From IMG/VR virus record IMGVR_UViG_3300033170_000462: a DNA stretch of 64,000 nt; one strand, written 5' to 3'. The translations under genes were made by a program, and so were the position numbers. Shown piece by piece: positions 40,301-47,672 of this stretch (positions are counted from its first letter, which is position 1; each line of letters begins with the position of its first letter). The DNA is from an uncultured virus (IMG/VR IMGVR_UViG_3300033170_000462) (taxonomy: Duplodnaviria; Heunggongvirae; Uroviricota; Caudoviricetes). The notes under the pieces were generated by a model. That model made no database searches. It had not been told where the DNA came from and was given only the letters and a program-made list of their open reading frames with translations.

Positions 40301-43300
40301 CCTGCAAAACCTGGGTGCAACGCCCAATGCCGTGGATCTGACTCCGCAGCAAGCTCTGGACAAGGTGCTGAAACAGCAGAGCGTCCTCTCCCTGGCCAAC
40401 GGGTGGCGCATTCAGCGCAGCTTGGTTTCCGGCGAACCCCGGATTGAGATCAAGGCCAACAACCTGTATAACTTCCGGGCCGAACTGGAGCGGGCCGGGG
40501 TCTTTACCGAGCGCATCAATTACGCGACCCGCTTTTTTATCCCGGCGGACGGCGGCAAGGCGCTGGGCAAAGTGCTCGAGAGCCGGCCGATTGTGGAGGT
40601 GATCAGCGCTACCCGTGAAGGAGAGACCCAATACAGCCGGGGCGCGGTGCTTGCCGAGGCAGAGAACGGCGCCGCCGGCGTCACGCTGTCCGCCGTCCAG
40701 GCCAAACTGAAAGATCCCCTGGCCAAGCTGCCCGGGGTTTTGGGCCGGGTGAAGATGCTGCAGGCGGAAACGGAACTGCCCGCGGATCTGCGGCGCATCA
40801 TCCTGGAAGACGACATGAGCGGCGCTTTCGAGGGGGTGTACTGGCGCGGACAGATCTATTTGGTGGCTGACAATCTGGACAGCGCGGAGCGGGCACAATG
40901 GGTGTTGCTGCACGAAGCTCGGCACCACGGCCTTGGGGTCTTGTTGGGCGACCAGAAAAAGCCCATCCTGGCCCATGCCGCTGCGGTCTTTCCCAAGGAG
41001 GTCCATCAATACTTGGCTCAGTTCGGTCTGGAAAACACGCCGGAGAATCGCCTGATGGCCGCCGAAGAGGTGTTGGTGGACATGGTGCGACAGAATATGT
41101 CACACAGGTTTCTGGACAAAGTGGTGTCCACGGTGCGGGCCTGGATTCGGGAGGTGTTCCCGGATCTGGCCATTTCGGCCGCCGAGCTGCGCAATCTGAT
41201 TGCCGGGGTGGATCGGTATCTGGCCACCGGCGAGGAAGGCACCCGGTTTATTGGCGCCCTGGCTCCGGCCTATGCGCGGGAGCAGGACCCGGCCTTTTCG
41301 CGTCGTGCCGCCTTGCAGGCCAAAGCCGACGCCATGCCGGAGGGCCCGGAGAAAACCGCTCTGCTGGCGAAGCTGGCAAAGATGCCGACCGAGGGAGCGG
41401 CCCCGAAGCAACCCGCAGCGGCGACGACTCCGAACCCAGCGCCGGCGGCCCCGGAGGCAACCGCTAAGCCAAAGGCCGGCGCGACCACCAAGGCTCAGAT
41501 CGGTAACCGCAGGCTGGACTATCTGATCCAGAAGTTCCAGGATAAGATCATCCCGCTCAAGCGCACTCAGCAAGCCCTGGAGGCGAAGGGCTGGCAGAAG
41601 CGGGAAGACAGCGACGGCTATTTGGCCGAAGAGCGGTCCCACGGCATTGCCAAGGACCGTCTGGACCGATTCGAGGCCGAACAGGTGGAGCCGCTGATGG
41701 AGGCCATCAAGAAAGCGCCGGTCTCCATGGAGGACCTGGAACTGTACGTCTATGCCCGGCACGCCCGGGAGCGCAACGCGTACATCCAGAAGATCAACCC
41801 GGACTTCCAAGATGGCGGCTCCGGCATGACGGATCAGGATGCTGACGCCATCATCGAGGATTTCCGCAAGGCCGGGAAACTGCAGGTGCTGCACAACCTG
41901 GCACAGCGAGTCTGGGCGCTGGGGGAGATGCAGCGGCAGATCATCCGGGATGCCGGACTGGAGACGCCAGAAAAGGTCGCGGCCTGGGAGAACTTCAAGT
42001 TCTACGTGCCTCTCAAGGGCGTGCCGGACGGCATGGAAGAGGGGCATGGGCGCAGTGTCGGGCGCGGCTTTGCGGTGACCCGCTCCGGCACCAAGGCGGC
42101 CTTGGGACGGCACAGCGAGGCCGAGAATATCCTGGCGCATTTGGTGGCGCAGGTGGCGGATACCATCGTTCGGGCGGAGCGGGCCAAGGTCGGCCAGGCG
42201 TTTTTGCAAATGGTGGAAGAGAACCCGGACCCGACGCTGTGGACCGTACGTACCCGGGACAATCTGCCCTCCCGCAAAGTATTGGCCAAGAACCCCGCTT
42301 TTACGGCACTGCAGAACAAGATCGAGCGGCGCCAGGAGGTGCTGGAAAAGGCGACGGACGGCGCGGAAATCGCCCGGCTTCAGGAGGAGATCGACGGGCT
42401 GCACATGGCCCTGGAAGCGACCGAGGCCCGGCAGGTGACGGAGGTGGATGATTTTGAGTGGATCCGCCGGGATGACGTCTTGCCGGTCACCCGCGACGGC
42501 CAGGTTTACTACGTCCAGATCCAGAACCAGGATCTGGCACGGGCCATGAAGAACCTGGGTGGAGTGCAACAGGGCAAGGTCTGGCGGGCGCTGGCGAGGG
42601 TCAACCGGGTTTTGGCCATGATCAATACCGCCATGAGCGCGGAATTCATGGTGACCAACTTCCTGCGCGACATTCAGACCGCCATGATCAACCTCTCCGG
42701 AGAGCAGAGCGCCGCTCTGGCTGCGAAAGTGGCCCGGGGAGTGCCTAAGGCCATGGCCGGGATCCGTAAGGCGGTGCGCAGCGGCAAGCATGATTCGGAC
42801 ATGGCGCAGTGGTACGCCCGGTTCAAGGCTGCCGGCGGACAGGTGGGCTACCTGGATCTGCAGAGCATTGAACAGACCCAGAAGCGCATTCAAAAGCTGG
42901 TGCGGGGACAGGACGGCAAGCTGGCCACGGTGCTGAAGTTCACCCGCAGCATCGGCACCTTTATCGGCGACTACAACACGGTGGTTGAAAACGCCGTGCG
43001 GCTGAGCGCCTTCAAGGTGGCGGTGGAATCCGGAATGAGCGAAGCCCGGGCGGCGTCCTTGGCCAAGAACCTGACGGTCAACTTCAACCGCAAGGGCGAA
43101 CTGGGGCCGGCCATGAACGCCCTGTACCTGTTTTACAACGCCGGAATTCAGGGCAGCGCCCGCATCGTTGGCGCCCTCAAACACAAGAAGGTACGGCGCA
43201 TCTGTGCCGCCATCACCATGACGGCTTTTGCCCTGGCGGAGATGAACCGCTTGGCGGCCGGCGACGATGACGACGATGAAAACCGCTGGGACAAGGTAAG

Positions 43301-44234
43301 CGACTACACCAAGCACACCAACCTGGTTTTCATGCGCGGCGACGGCTCCGGCGATTCGTGGAAAATCAAGCTGCCCTACGGCTTCAACATCTTTGTGGCC
43401 TTGGGATACATCATGTCGGACGTGCGCGCCCATATCGCCAGCAACGGCCGGCACGGCAAGAGTCCGGCACAGGGGGCGGTGTCCTTCCTGGAGGCGGCAC
43501 TGAACGCCTTCAACCCCCTGGGCGGAGACGAAAGCCTGTTGCAGTTCGTTTCTCCGACGATTCTGGACCCCTTCGTGCAGTTGGAGACCAACAAGAACTT
43601 CATGGGAACACCCATCCGGCCGGAGCAACCGAGCTTCGGGCCGCCCAAGCCGGACAGCCAGCTGTACTGGAACAGTGTGCGACCGGTCAGTAAGGCGATT
43701 GCCGAACAGCTCAACGCCCTGACCGGCGGCAGCAAAGTCGAACCGGGCCTGGTGGATATTTCGCCGGAAACCCTGGATCATCTGTGGGATTTCGCCACGG
43801 GCGGGGCCGGCCGGTTCTATGCCGATTCCGTCGGCGCCATGGCAGCCATGGCCAAGGGAGAGACCCCGCCGGTGCGGCGCATTCCCTTTGCCCGGCAGGT
43901 GTACCAGGAAAAGAGCGAAGTGCATGACCGGCAGAAGCTGCGCGAGAACATGAACGCGGTGCAAGCCCACTACCGCCTGTTCAAGGAATATGCGGAAACC
44001 GGCCAGCGCGAGGCGGCGTTGGAGTATCGGGAAAAGCATCCGCAACTGGCGCTCTATCCTGTGGTCGGAAAACTGCAGCGGCGGTTGTCGGCCCTGCGAC
44101 AGGCGAAAGAAATGATGGAAGAGATGGACAAGGACCTGTATAAAGATAGAATTGACAGCATCGATCAGGAGATGCAGCGCCTGACCTCCCTGTTTAACAG
44201 GCGCTACAAGGAAATCGTTGTGGAAGGGTTCTGA
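31383..44234 (+). CDS. Giant DarB-like polyvalent protein: N6-adenine MTase, intein-interrupted Strawberry-notch-type helicase, HExxH peptidase-like and LPD38-like C-terminal domains
   Basis: QQFSTP / LEPSAGVG / NPPF (MTase); GFFIGDG|TGVGKGR, FDEAH, YVSATGA, QGFGRTHRTNQ (helicase); LLHEARHHG; KLPYGFN...NKNFMGTPI. Confidence 0.9.
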   Translation: MADIFDTLELPKAPAGKAPAAPSGGGDIFDQVGSGTTPKQGLIQRAVSYGLDLAGDLKSAGKRVLPELVTGALATGESINLFLQDLWSEGFSDLNAKNREMTLKLRDDWHAGKLTEEQFRQRFAEIPKLQQTPGVKRSLARLQDLDLVREQIHEELPTKTTPGRWVAGATSSIAHMAPGYAVGAAMGAPTIAASFAGLREAFDSYGDARARGRETDDAVMAAVEKGTAEGLFEQVPTDTLFQLFKTKGKKEFVRKFGELFISEQLTEIPTTLAQDAADIFFSGKPKTEASKDVSKYFSNQPVEVDGRVYQMGPNVVETMGTTAVQTGLMGGAKAAINRATRPPKGNGEEGSPPPGPQPITDESHLLPAPGSTGNGKSEKVIDWKSGTVENRLAPGVVPIIPPESQNPARYNLYGAIDDVQAPLPAPDPTRASNLGVIAERGLMAATSAPVLTPEVVQEVPNTARVVSEAGGVEAMAEPVPIEALTAQRDKIAGNVLRQDGTPKKTASAQALARLFALQEQIATLTPDTTPEAPATMEAQLQALVEGRKPAMLVTPGETMPETPAGFRTAQVPEGTLIFSQDNTLNLARAGQLGRALGYGIADKPAGSETVVTARDEKGTVIQDVVTDGSQEVLDAAQDVAGEEGTVEVRPAEAAIAEREAGQVDHFVDGNKMVEEDHVAAPGKMVEEDIFDQIDTADLPSVETVTPSSAETPQAGAALAPERRAFVEKKVRELGSIEAVQAQYAEDAPVDRYAREFAKKEFGEKEAPQPAAAKGALPPQKKASRNRGGRTVTPDQQAKIAEVTDLYRAAVNNPDLVGKRRADTIANLRQLTQFWQANDPAKVETGYENGDQVAYTGETDQYGHRKYVYLEGHRAGSEGYAATKEQRAADVERTQQEWREQQEGFKRVRETEAGRVATQPQAPPGANQEAVSDKGTVKDSLSVQQKEQARAGQPEAPTFKTKGDEAAKVGDIVQMASTRLVRILAIHRNQPDGTNRVVFETSHILKDGTWQEDAGRKTDQRMEFGEFRRFTGLDVEADSAPQVNPDNKEYGADNKVFTADRAEKAREILRKKLNQLNTGIDPEMIAAGIDLAGYHVEAGARTFAAYSKAMLDDLGEAIQPYLKSFYLAVRNYPGFDNAGMETEAAIEARAQEVKKPAQPDEAAEGMILLEARNLLIDLRTQAEDQGSTVDDRLLKKIGEAEKLVKDLESEGAAKKTPAKAPSSLVAEEVKRRLLAKQPITWQELFALADDAYGGTQAEGRYAVKDAYDALELGINRALADTLTLDPRTGDAKHAQANVDALKAMLGLVPTQTKRTAEQDEFQQFSTPPTYAYVANWVANLRKGEMVLEPSAGVGGLAVFAQKAGAKVVVNELSPRRADLLRQLGFADVHTENAEHLHAILGQTVQPDVVIMNPPFSATAGRVQGQRKTAIGAQHVEEALKMLKPGGRLVAIVGQGMAHDAPSFKAWWDRIGKQYHVRVNIGIDGEGYRKYGTTFDNQLLVIDKTAPNDNILVGKVRDIAEVPALLEGIRDDRPQTSEPAAAATQPAVEPDGRQAAQRSEADAGPGIAARVPADAVGTERGDRLSDPAANGTDAGSDSNAGLRAQPQRGDGVSDPGRSGRDNADGGTPAGKRTPRRGARTDRNAGSENEGRSESALSEVKVEAKTAEKAGGALTDSVYEPYRPQRLVIPGAKDHPGKLVQSAAMASVDPPAPSYTPNLPKDVIEKGKLSVAQLEAVVYAGQAHSQTLPDGSRRGFFIGDGCVDAETRIYNPVNGSHTAIKELAEEGKPHVVLSLTKDGLVPKMAHAPFLKGIENLYLVVLDDGRKVTVTDNHKFLTPSGWMRICDGLAVGHFLACVEGHPVNSLGYGQSVHLEDAPHWLNRPQDCLDHYCHAPRRDGGQPRSSQDIDRVSPPSPVCAHEHNRDSLQTGGQALLPECSHQRPLSGLHSRNNFSPVEPRDPSSTGLQAAEGHARLLPETLPALSQSHVETALPLRSDEGVCDHRVEPASDLTHCGSVSEHHSSLKGKKQSEALRCIASQSQRLTIPPDTGPQQDPHPLPEYSGASFSWPSLPISDDNILYSRWHRITLISFVKKAPFYDMYVPGPENYVAEGIVHHNTGVGKGREIAGIILDNYRQGRKKAVWVSETGKLINDAQRDGEGVGLPKGLIFDLSKHKLGTELTSDKGVLFTTYSTLGSNMEVDRGGGIQAKQGKASRLSQLVQWLGADFDGVIVFDEAHNMQNSTTQKGKRGIKKPSARGLAGVELQRLLPKARIVYVSATGATSVENLGFAARLGLWGEGTPFGNREQFISEINAAGLAAMELVARDLKAMGGYIARSLDYAEVTYGRLEHKLDRHQREVYNTLARSWQTVLQNIHQALTATGAESNANAKSSAMSKFWGAHQRFFNQVITSMQMPAVIRSIHQDLQDGKAVVLQLVNTNEAVMNRQIAKAEDAADLEDLDMTPREALMQYVERAFPTQQYEDYMDEEGNIRSRPVFDSRGNPVENPEATALREKLLDELGAIKVPDGPLEMLLNEFGPGKVAEVTGRTRRLVRDEDGKVKVETWSPSKASADADAFMADKKPILVFSEAGGTGRSYHADLTKKNQRPRSHYLIQPGWRADKAVQGFGRTHRTNQASAPHYALVTTDLQGQRRFISSIARKLSQLGALTKGQRETGSQGMFSEKDNLESLYASDALQRLFVDMHNGKAEGLVFGDILNKMGYATVDADGTVSTRLLDDNGNLNTGSLPEIPNFLNRILSLEIDDQNRVFEAFSERLEQNIEAANANGTLETGMENYRADKVAFKSEQTVYVQPESGAETKYVELEASHKITFVPFEQAQKEKGHLGFYRNKRSGQLWAVREYGSKTFSDGRVANQYRLQGPAQHQGQVLTEDKFQPEAPRYREWNWEKIEAEQARSEWDTALQTADPYRQEPLHLITGAILPIWDRLPQGAMKVVRVQTDDGQRYLGRLLDSRHVNATLQNLGATPNAVDLTPQQALDKVLKQQSVLSLANGWRIQRSLVSGEPRIEIKANNLYNFRAELERAGVFTERINYATRFFIPADGGKALGKVLESRPIVEVISATREGETQYSRGAVLAEAENGAAGVTLSAVQAKLKDPLAKLPGVLGRVKMLQAETELPADLRRIILEDDMSGAFEGVYWRGQIYLVADNLDSAERAQWVLLHEARHHGLGVLLGDQKKPILAHAAAVFPKEVHQYLAQFGLENTPENRLMAAEEVLVDMVRQNMSHRFLDKVVSTVRAWIREVFPDLAISAAELRNLIAGVDRYLATGEEGTRFIGALAPAYAREQDPAFSRRAALQAKADAMPEGPEKTALLAKLAKMPTEGAAPKQPAAATTPNPAPAAPEATAKPKAGATTKAQIGNRRLDYLIQKFQDKIIPLKRTQQALEAKGWQKREDSDGYLAEERSHGIAKDRLDRFEAEQVEPLMEAIKKAPVSMEDLELYVYARHARERNAYIQKINPDFQDGGSGMTDQDADAIIEDFRKAGKLQVLHNLAQRVWALGEMQRQIIRDAGLETPEKVAAWENFKFYVPLKGVPDGMEEGHGRSVGRGFAVTRSGTKAALGRHSEAENILAHLVAQVADTIVRAERAKVGQAFLQMVEENPDPTLWTVRTRDNLPSRKVLAKNPAFTALQNKIERRQEVLEKATDGAEIARLQEEIDGLHMALEATEARQVTEVDDFEWIRRDDVLPVTRDGQVYYVQIQNQDLARAMKNLGGVQQGKVWRALARVNRVLAMINTAMSAEFMVTNFLRDIQTAMINLSGEQSAALAAKVARGVPKAMAGIRKAVRSGKHDSDMAQWYARFKAAGGQVGYLDLQSIEQTQKRIQKLVRGQDGKLATVLKFTRSIGTFIGDYNTVVENAVRLSAFKVAVESGMSEARAASLAKNLTVNFNRKGELGPAMNALYLFYNAGIQGSARIVGALKHKKVRRICAAITMTAFALAEMNRLAAGDDDDDENRWDKVSDYTKHTNLVFMRGDGSGDSWKIKLPYGFNIFVALGYIMSDVRAHIASNGRHGKSPAQGAVSFLEAALNAFNPLGGDESLLQFVSPTILDPFVQLETNKNFMGTPIRPEQPSFGPPKPDSQLYWNSVRPVSKAIAEQLNALTGGSKVEPGLVDISPETLDHLWDFATGGAGRFYADSVGAMAAMAKGETPPVRRIPFARQVYQEKSEVHDRQKLRENMNAVQAHYRLFKEYAETGQREAALEYREKHPQLALYPVVGKLQRRLSALRQAKEMMEEMDKDLYKDRIDSIDQEMQRLTSLFNRRYKEIVVEGF
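35968..36354 (+). CDS. Nested 128-aa helical protein in the +1 frame of the giant gene
   Basis: GGAGGG-8nt-ATG; GC3-rich codons and globular composition, while the host frame here is a low-complexity linker with A/T-ending codons. Confidence 0.7.
   Translation: MIDRKHLNLLQQQRNLPLNQTAAKLLKEAKQTPDPELLPVFQLMLWGLSEGIAYPTRQQTELMQEAIRTLAYERSPKEAMAYLIRDDLDETTLTAEHLQGKEPLAAAQELIETLDLKMKADPNLPYPK
36880..37572 (-). CDS. HNH endonuclease with two N-terminal HTH motifs, antisense within the intein
   Basis: GYVREHRLVMEAKLGRYLEKNEVVHHRDGVHDNNDQDNLEV HNH motif; SSVEIAKQYNVTPPTV and SQREIATKLGVSQATI HTHs; GGGAGG-7nt-ATG. Confidence 0.92.
   Translation of the reverse strand: MRKKHQSIPVEDEGLVVALYLGGSSSVEIAKQYNVTPPTVSCLLKKSGVPTRTRSELNRMRAPLDDHKLLRLNEEAMLSQREIATKLGVSQATIERALRRLGVQSKKGRGAPLEKNYFWNGGRTKDVDGYILVKAPDHPFADCRGYVREHRLVMEAKLGRYLEKNEVVHHRDGVHDNNDQDNLEVYSTNAEHLQDELTGRTPNYSPDGLQRMRENALQLNRRKSSSSQKE
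37606..37614 (-). promoter_or_regulatory. Candidate extended -10 promoter for the antisense HNH gene
   Basis: TGCTATAAA on the - strand about 35 nt upstream of the ATG, in an AT-rich patch; no good -35. Confidence 0.35.
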
Positions 44235-44235
44235 T

Positions 44236-44418
44236 GTGAGCGTGGGTGATTGGCTGATGACGGCCTTCGAGGTGGCCCTCTTGTTGGGGCTGTGGTTCTT
44301 TATCGGGCTGTCGCAATGGAACAGTCGAAAGCGCAGCCCGCTACACCTGCTGTGGATGATCCCCGGCGGCCTGCTGCTGTTCTTCTGTCTGGGCATTCTG
44401 TGGGACATGATTCGATAA
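44236..44418 (+). CDS. Small membrane protein (start approximate)
   Basis: Two hydrophobic segments. Confidence 0.5.
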   Translation: MSVGDWLMTAFEVALLLGLWFFIGLSQWNSRKRSPLHLLWMIPGGLLLFFCLGILWDMIR

Positions 44419-44494
44419 GCCTTGCCTTTTCAGGCTCTGTTTGATACATAGAGGGCAGTAAGCACATAAGCCCGCCCTTTGCTGAAGACCGGAG

Positions 44495-44531
44495 AGCCCG
44501 GCCTGAATCGAAAGATTCTCGCCGGGCTTTT
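44495..44531 (+). terminator. Terminator-like hairpin before the lysis cassette
   Basis: AGCCCGGC-CTGAATC-GAAA-GATTCTC-GCCGGGCT-TTT. Confidence 0.65.
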
Positions 44532-44551
44532 CCTTTATGCGCGGAGTAGCA

Positions 44552-44779
44552 ATGAGCGAAAGAACCCTGACCGACGCCGACGTGCGGGCCATTGTCGAGG
44601 CTGTCCCAGCACAGCATCCGTGCCAGTTTACCAACGAGGAAGTGGTGTTGGTTAGGCGCTGGCTTGGCAAGATTGACAAATTGGCGACGCAAATAGGCTA
44701 TGTCGTGATCGGGGTTTTGATTGCTGCAGTTCTTAGCGCTCTCTGGTCAGGGATTAAAAAGTCGATTATGGAGGGGTAG
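44552..44779 (+). CDS. Putative holin
   Basis: Small protein with one C-terminal TM segment, directly upstream of the endolysin. Confidence 0.55.
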   Translation: MSERTLTDADVRAIVEAVPAQHPCQFTNEEVVLVRRWLGKIDKLATQIGYVVIGVLIAAVLSALWSGIKKSIMEG

Positions 44780-44783
44780 GAGT

Positions 44784-45371
44784 ATGAAACCTGACGCTTT
44801 ATTTCTCGAAGCCTACACCTTCACCAAACTGGCCGAAGGCGGCCTGAGCCTGGACCGCAACGATCCCGGCAACTGGACCGGCGGAAAGGTCGGTGTCGGC
44901 GAGTTGAAGGGCACTAAATACGGAGTCAGCGCCAAATCCTACCCCCATTTGGATATCCGCAACCTGACCCCGCAGCAGGCCATGGAAATATTCTATCTCG
45001 ATTTCTGGCTCAAGCCCCGCTTCAATCAGATCCCCGTCCCGCAGATGGCCAAGCGCCTCTTTGATCTGGGGGTGAACTGCGGCCCCGGCACGGCGGCCAA
45101 GATGCTGCAGCGGGCGGTCAATACGGTTTGTGCCGGCTATGTGGCTCCGCAACGCATGGCTCCTTGGCGGCAGACTCTGGCGCGACTGTTCGGAGGCGGG
45201 TCGATTCGGGTGGACGGCAAGGTCGGTCCGATCACCATCGGCACCATCACCCATTGCCCGTTCAAAGGGGCGCTCTACATGGCGTTGTCGGGGGAAGCCT
45301 ACAAGCACTATGAAACGCTGGACGCGGCTTATATCCCGGGCTGGCTGGAGCGGCTGTATAAGCCGATTTGA
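44784..45371 (+). CDS. Endolysin, glycoside hydrolase family 108
   Basis: EGGLSLDRNDPGNWTGG...GTKYGVS, LFDLGVNCG, LQRAVN, VDGKVGPIT, GWLER. Confidence 0.9.
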   Translation: MKPDALFLEAYTFTKLAEGGLSLDRNDPGNWTGGKVGVGELKGTKYGVSAKSYPHLDIRNLTPQQAMEIFYLDFWLKPRFNQIPVPQMAKRLFDLGVNCGPGTAAKMLQRAVNTVCAGYVAPQRMAPWRQTLARLFGGGSIRVDGKVGPITIGTITHCPFKGALYMALSGEAYKHYETLDAAYIPGWLERLYKPI

Positions 45372-45377
45372 GCCACG

Positions 45378-45740
45378 ATGAGACGCTTTGTGCCGTTATC
45401 GCTGGTGCTGTGCGGCCTGCTGGCGAGTCCGGCCGAAGCGATCGGCCCGGACAAGTGGCTGCATGTCGGGGTCTCGGTCATGATGGCGGCCAGCGCCAGC
45501 ACGGCTTTGCACAAGACCACCACGCTTCCGCGTTCGGCCCGCATGGCCGGCGCGTTTTGTACCTCGATGGCGGTGGGCCTGGCCAAGGAGTTGCGGGATC
45601 GGCGGATGGACGGCGGCGACCTGGCGGCGGATGCCGTCGGTTCCTTGGCGGGGGTGCTGGTCAGCGAGTATGTCAGCCGGCGCGTCTGGGCCCGGATGGA
45701 CGGGGGTAGCATTCTGGTCGGTATCAAAGGGGATTTCTGA
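45378..45740 (+). CDS. Exported/membrane protein, YfiM (DUF2279)-like
   Basis: Signal peptide, DKWLH, GLAKELRD, DLAADAVG. Confidence 0.6.
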   Translation: MRRFVPLSLVLCGLLASPAEAIGPDKWLHVGVSVMMAASASTALHKTTTLPRSARMAGAFCTSMAVGLAKELRDRRMDGGDLAADAVGSLAGVLVSEYVSRRVWARMDGGSILVGIKGDF

Positions 45741-45752
45741 TGGAGGCGCAGC

Positions 45753-46124
45753 ATGAGCGATCTGCAGAAGGCCATTCAAAAGCATGTCAACGTACCCGAG
45801 GCGCCTACGGAGGCTGTGCCGCAACCTGCCCCTGCTACGCCGTTGCCACGAAAGGTGGGCTGGATGAAGACACGGATTATCGGCTTTGGTCTGAAGCTGC
45901 TCGGGCGGAAACTGGACGGTAAGAAGACCGTCATTGGCGGAATCGGCCTGATCTTGCTGGGGGTATCCGGGCTCGTGGGCGTCATGTACCCGGACCAGGG
46001 CCTTCCTCAGATGGATCTGGAAAATTCGTGGACATATATCGTGGCCGGCTTTTCCGTCCTGGGCTTGGGCGGGAAGGCAGAGAAGTTGAAATCGGCGCTG
46101 ACCGCCGGAAAGGAAGGTGCGTAA
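45753..46124 (+). CDS. Membrane protein (holin-like)
   Basis: LDGKKTVIGG followed by two TM segments. Confidence 0.6.
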   Translation: MSDLQKAIQKHVNVPEAPTEAVPQPAPATPLPRKVGWMKTRIIGFGLKLLGRKLDGKKTVIGGIGLILLGVSGLVGVMYPDQGLPQMDLENSWTYIVAGFSVLGLGGKAEKLKSALTAGKEGA

Positions 46125-46405
46125 TGTGGGAGAAGATCAAGTTCGTTACGTCGTCGGTTTGGGATTTTATCAAGCCGACGGTCATTTTTCTACTGACCGC
46201 GGCCGGCAAGGCGGCCATGAAGTCGGCCCTGTTGGCGGTAAAGGCTGCGGCGCAGCGCTCCGATTTGAGCGGCAAGGAGAAGGCGGCCCTGGCCTTCGAC
46301 CTGATCAAGACGGACCTGACAACGCAAGGCATTGACCTGCTGGACCGCCATATCAACAAGGCGGTGGAGCTGGCCTATGAACGCCTGTGTGCGGACGAGG
46401 CGTAA
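46124..46405 (+). CDS. Hypothetical lysis-region protein
   Basis: TAATG coupling; LSGKEKAALA...INKAVELA. Confidence 0.6.
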   Translation: MWEKIKFVTSSVWDFIKPTVIFLLTAAGKAAMKSALLAVKAAAQRSDLSGKEKAALAFDLIKTDLTTQGIDLLDRHINKAVELAYERLCADEA

Positions 46406-46605
46406 TGGACGATCTGGACCGCGCCAGCGAATGGGATGAGCGCAACCGGGCCGAGGCTCTGGAGGCATGGCGGCAACGCCAGAGAACCGGCCCGGGACGC
46501 GCAACCTGTGTGGATTGTGAAGAAGAGATCCCCGAGGCCCGCCGGCAGGCGGTGCCTCATTGTGTGCGCTGCATAGAGTGCCAGGAGTTGTTCGAGCGGC
46601 GCTAG
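46405..46605 (+). CDS. TraR/DksA C4-type zinc finger protein
   Basis: DDLDRASE acidic tip; CVDCEEEIPEARRQAVPHCVRCIECQ. Confidence 0.9.
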   Translation: MDDLDRASEWDERNRAEALEAWRQRQRTGPGRATCVDCEEEIPEARRQAVPHCVRCIECQELFERR

Positions 46606-47003
46606 AAGTGGACCTGGTACCGGCCGCCCTTGTTGTCTTGGGCGGTGCCGTTGCCGACAGGTCGGAAGCCGGGGCGGATGTCGAGATAGACGCCAATGAC
46701 AGTGCCCTGGTCGCCGCGCAGAATGCCCCGAGCATTGGCGCCGGTCGGCGGGGCTACGGCCAACACGTTGCCGGCCGCAGAATGGGCCAGGGCGGTCCCG
46801 CCCCCGTGGAAAAGCCCTGAATATTGTCCGGTAAAGGTTTCGCCGGTCTGCGGGTTGTAGGCGGTCATGCTGCCCACTCCGCGGCTGGTTTCGATGGCAA
46901 AATCCAACTGCGTTCCATCCCGCAGATCATACATGGCCCCCGGCAACATGCGGCCACAGCCGGTCAGCACCAGCAGCAACGCCCCCATTAAAACAGCCTT
47001 CAT
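46602..47003 (-). CDS. Lipoprotein (moron; possible superinfection exclusion)
   Basis: MKAVLMGALLLVLTGC lipobox; GGAGG RBS. Confidence 0.75.
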   Translation of the reverse strand: MKAVLMGALLLVLTGCGRMLPGAMYDLRDGTQLDFAIETSRGVGSMTAYNPQTGETFTGQYSGLFHGGGTALAHSAAGNVLAVAPPTGANARGILRGDQGTVIGVYLDIRPGFRPVGNGTAQDNKGGRYQVHF

Positions 47004-47314
47004 CCTTGCTCCTCCTTCAAAAGAGTTTCCAAAATCCGGATCCGCTCGTCGCGCTCTGTCGTCTCCAGCAACAACCGGATCTGCCCAGCCAAGGAAAGCG
47101 CCCCGTCCAGCATCGGCCCGTCACTGGAGAGCAGCCACGCCGGGCGCAGAGCGTAGGCGGCATGCCATGCGTCGACCGTCACCATTTTGGGAACCTGGAT
47201 GCCGCGTTCGTAGCGGCTGACGGTCTGCAGATGGATCCCGGCGCAGTCGGCCAGGTCCGACTGCTGCAGGCCCATGTAGGCCCGGAAGGTTTTGAGACGT
47301 TCGGCAACGGTCAC
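47000..47314 (-). CDS. XRE-family HTH transcriptional regulator
   Basis: RLKTFRAYMGLQQSDLADCAGIHLQTVSRYERG...PAWLL. Confidence 0.88.
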   Translation of the reverse strand: MTVAERLKTFRAYMGLQQSDLADCAGIHLQTVSRYERGIQVPKMVTVDAWHAAYALRPAWLLSSDGPMLDGALSLAGQIRLLLETTERDERIRILETLLKEEQG

Positions 47315-47553
47315 GGCTCCTGCTTATCAACAAAATTGCTGAACGGGATGAAAGCATACCACAAATTTCGAAGGGCAAAAGAGCCGGTTTAGGGCGGGTC
47401 TTTTTGGGAGGCCCGGATTTGCAAAATATTTGCATCTACCCGTCCCAAACCTGCTATTTTGTGATAGAATATGCAGGTATTTGAATTGATGGAACTACCT
47501 GTAAAATCAATAATTTGCATATAAATTAAGGGGTTGCGTGGTGGCAGGGGAGA

Positions 47554-47601
47554 GCCTTCACACGGCAGGGGTCGTAGGTTCAATCCCTACAACGCCCACC
47601 A
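47554..47601 (+). other. att core: 3' 48 nt of tRNA-Val(CAC), right boundary of prophage 1
   Basis: GCC-TTCACAC-GGCAG-GGGTC-GTAGG-TTCAATC-CCTAC-AACGCCC-ACCA: anticodon loop, T-arm and CCA are present; the 5' acceptor strand and D-arm are absent. Confidence 0.85.
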
Positions 47602-47608
47602 TGAAATC

Positions 47609-47641
47609 AAAGGGTTACGGCATTAGCTGTAACCCTTTTTT
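47609..47641 (+). terminator. Intrinsic terminator of the original tRNA gene
   Basis: AAAGGGTTACGG-CATTAG-CTGTAACCCTTT plus T-tract. Confidence 0.8.
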
Positions 47642-47672
47642 GCATTCCGGGGGGCGGGGTCGGTCACCCTCG

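Larger units (their letters stand above)
1..47601 (+). mobile_element. Prophage 1: temperate podovirus-like phage (left end outside window), integrated at tRNA-Val
   Basis: Co-directional replication, packaging, capsid, tail, ejection and lysis genes with no tape measure, ending at a tRNA 3' fragment. Confidence 0.9.

Noticed and set aside
37632..44408. Very long - strand ORFs (1125 aa and 1102 aa) opposite the giant gene
   Set aside because: They are in-register antisense shadows of a GC3-rich gene, with no motifs or RBS. The HNH ORF differs in having another register and clear motifs.
47521..47601. Complete tRNA-Val gene
   Set aside because: No 5' acceptor strand complementary to AACGCCC and no D-arm. 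Only the 3' part is present, consistent with an att core.
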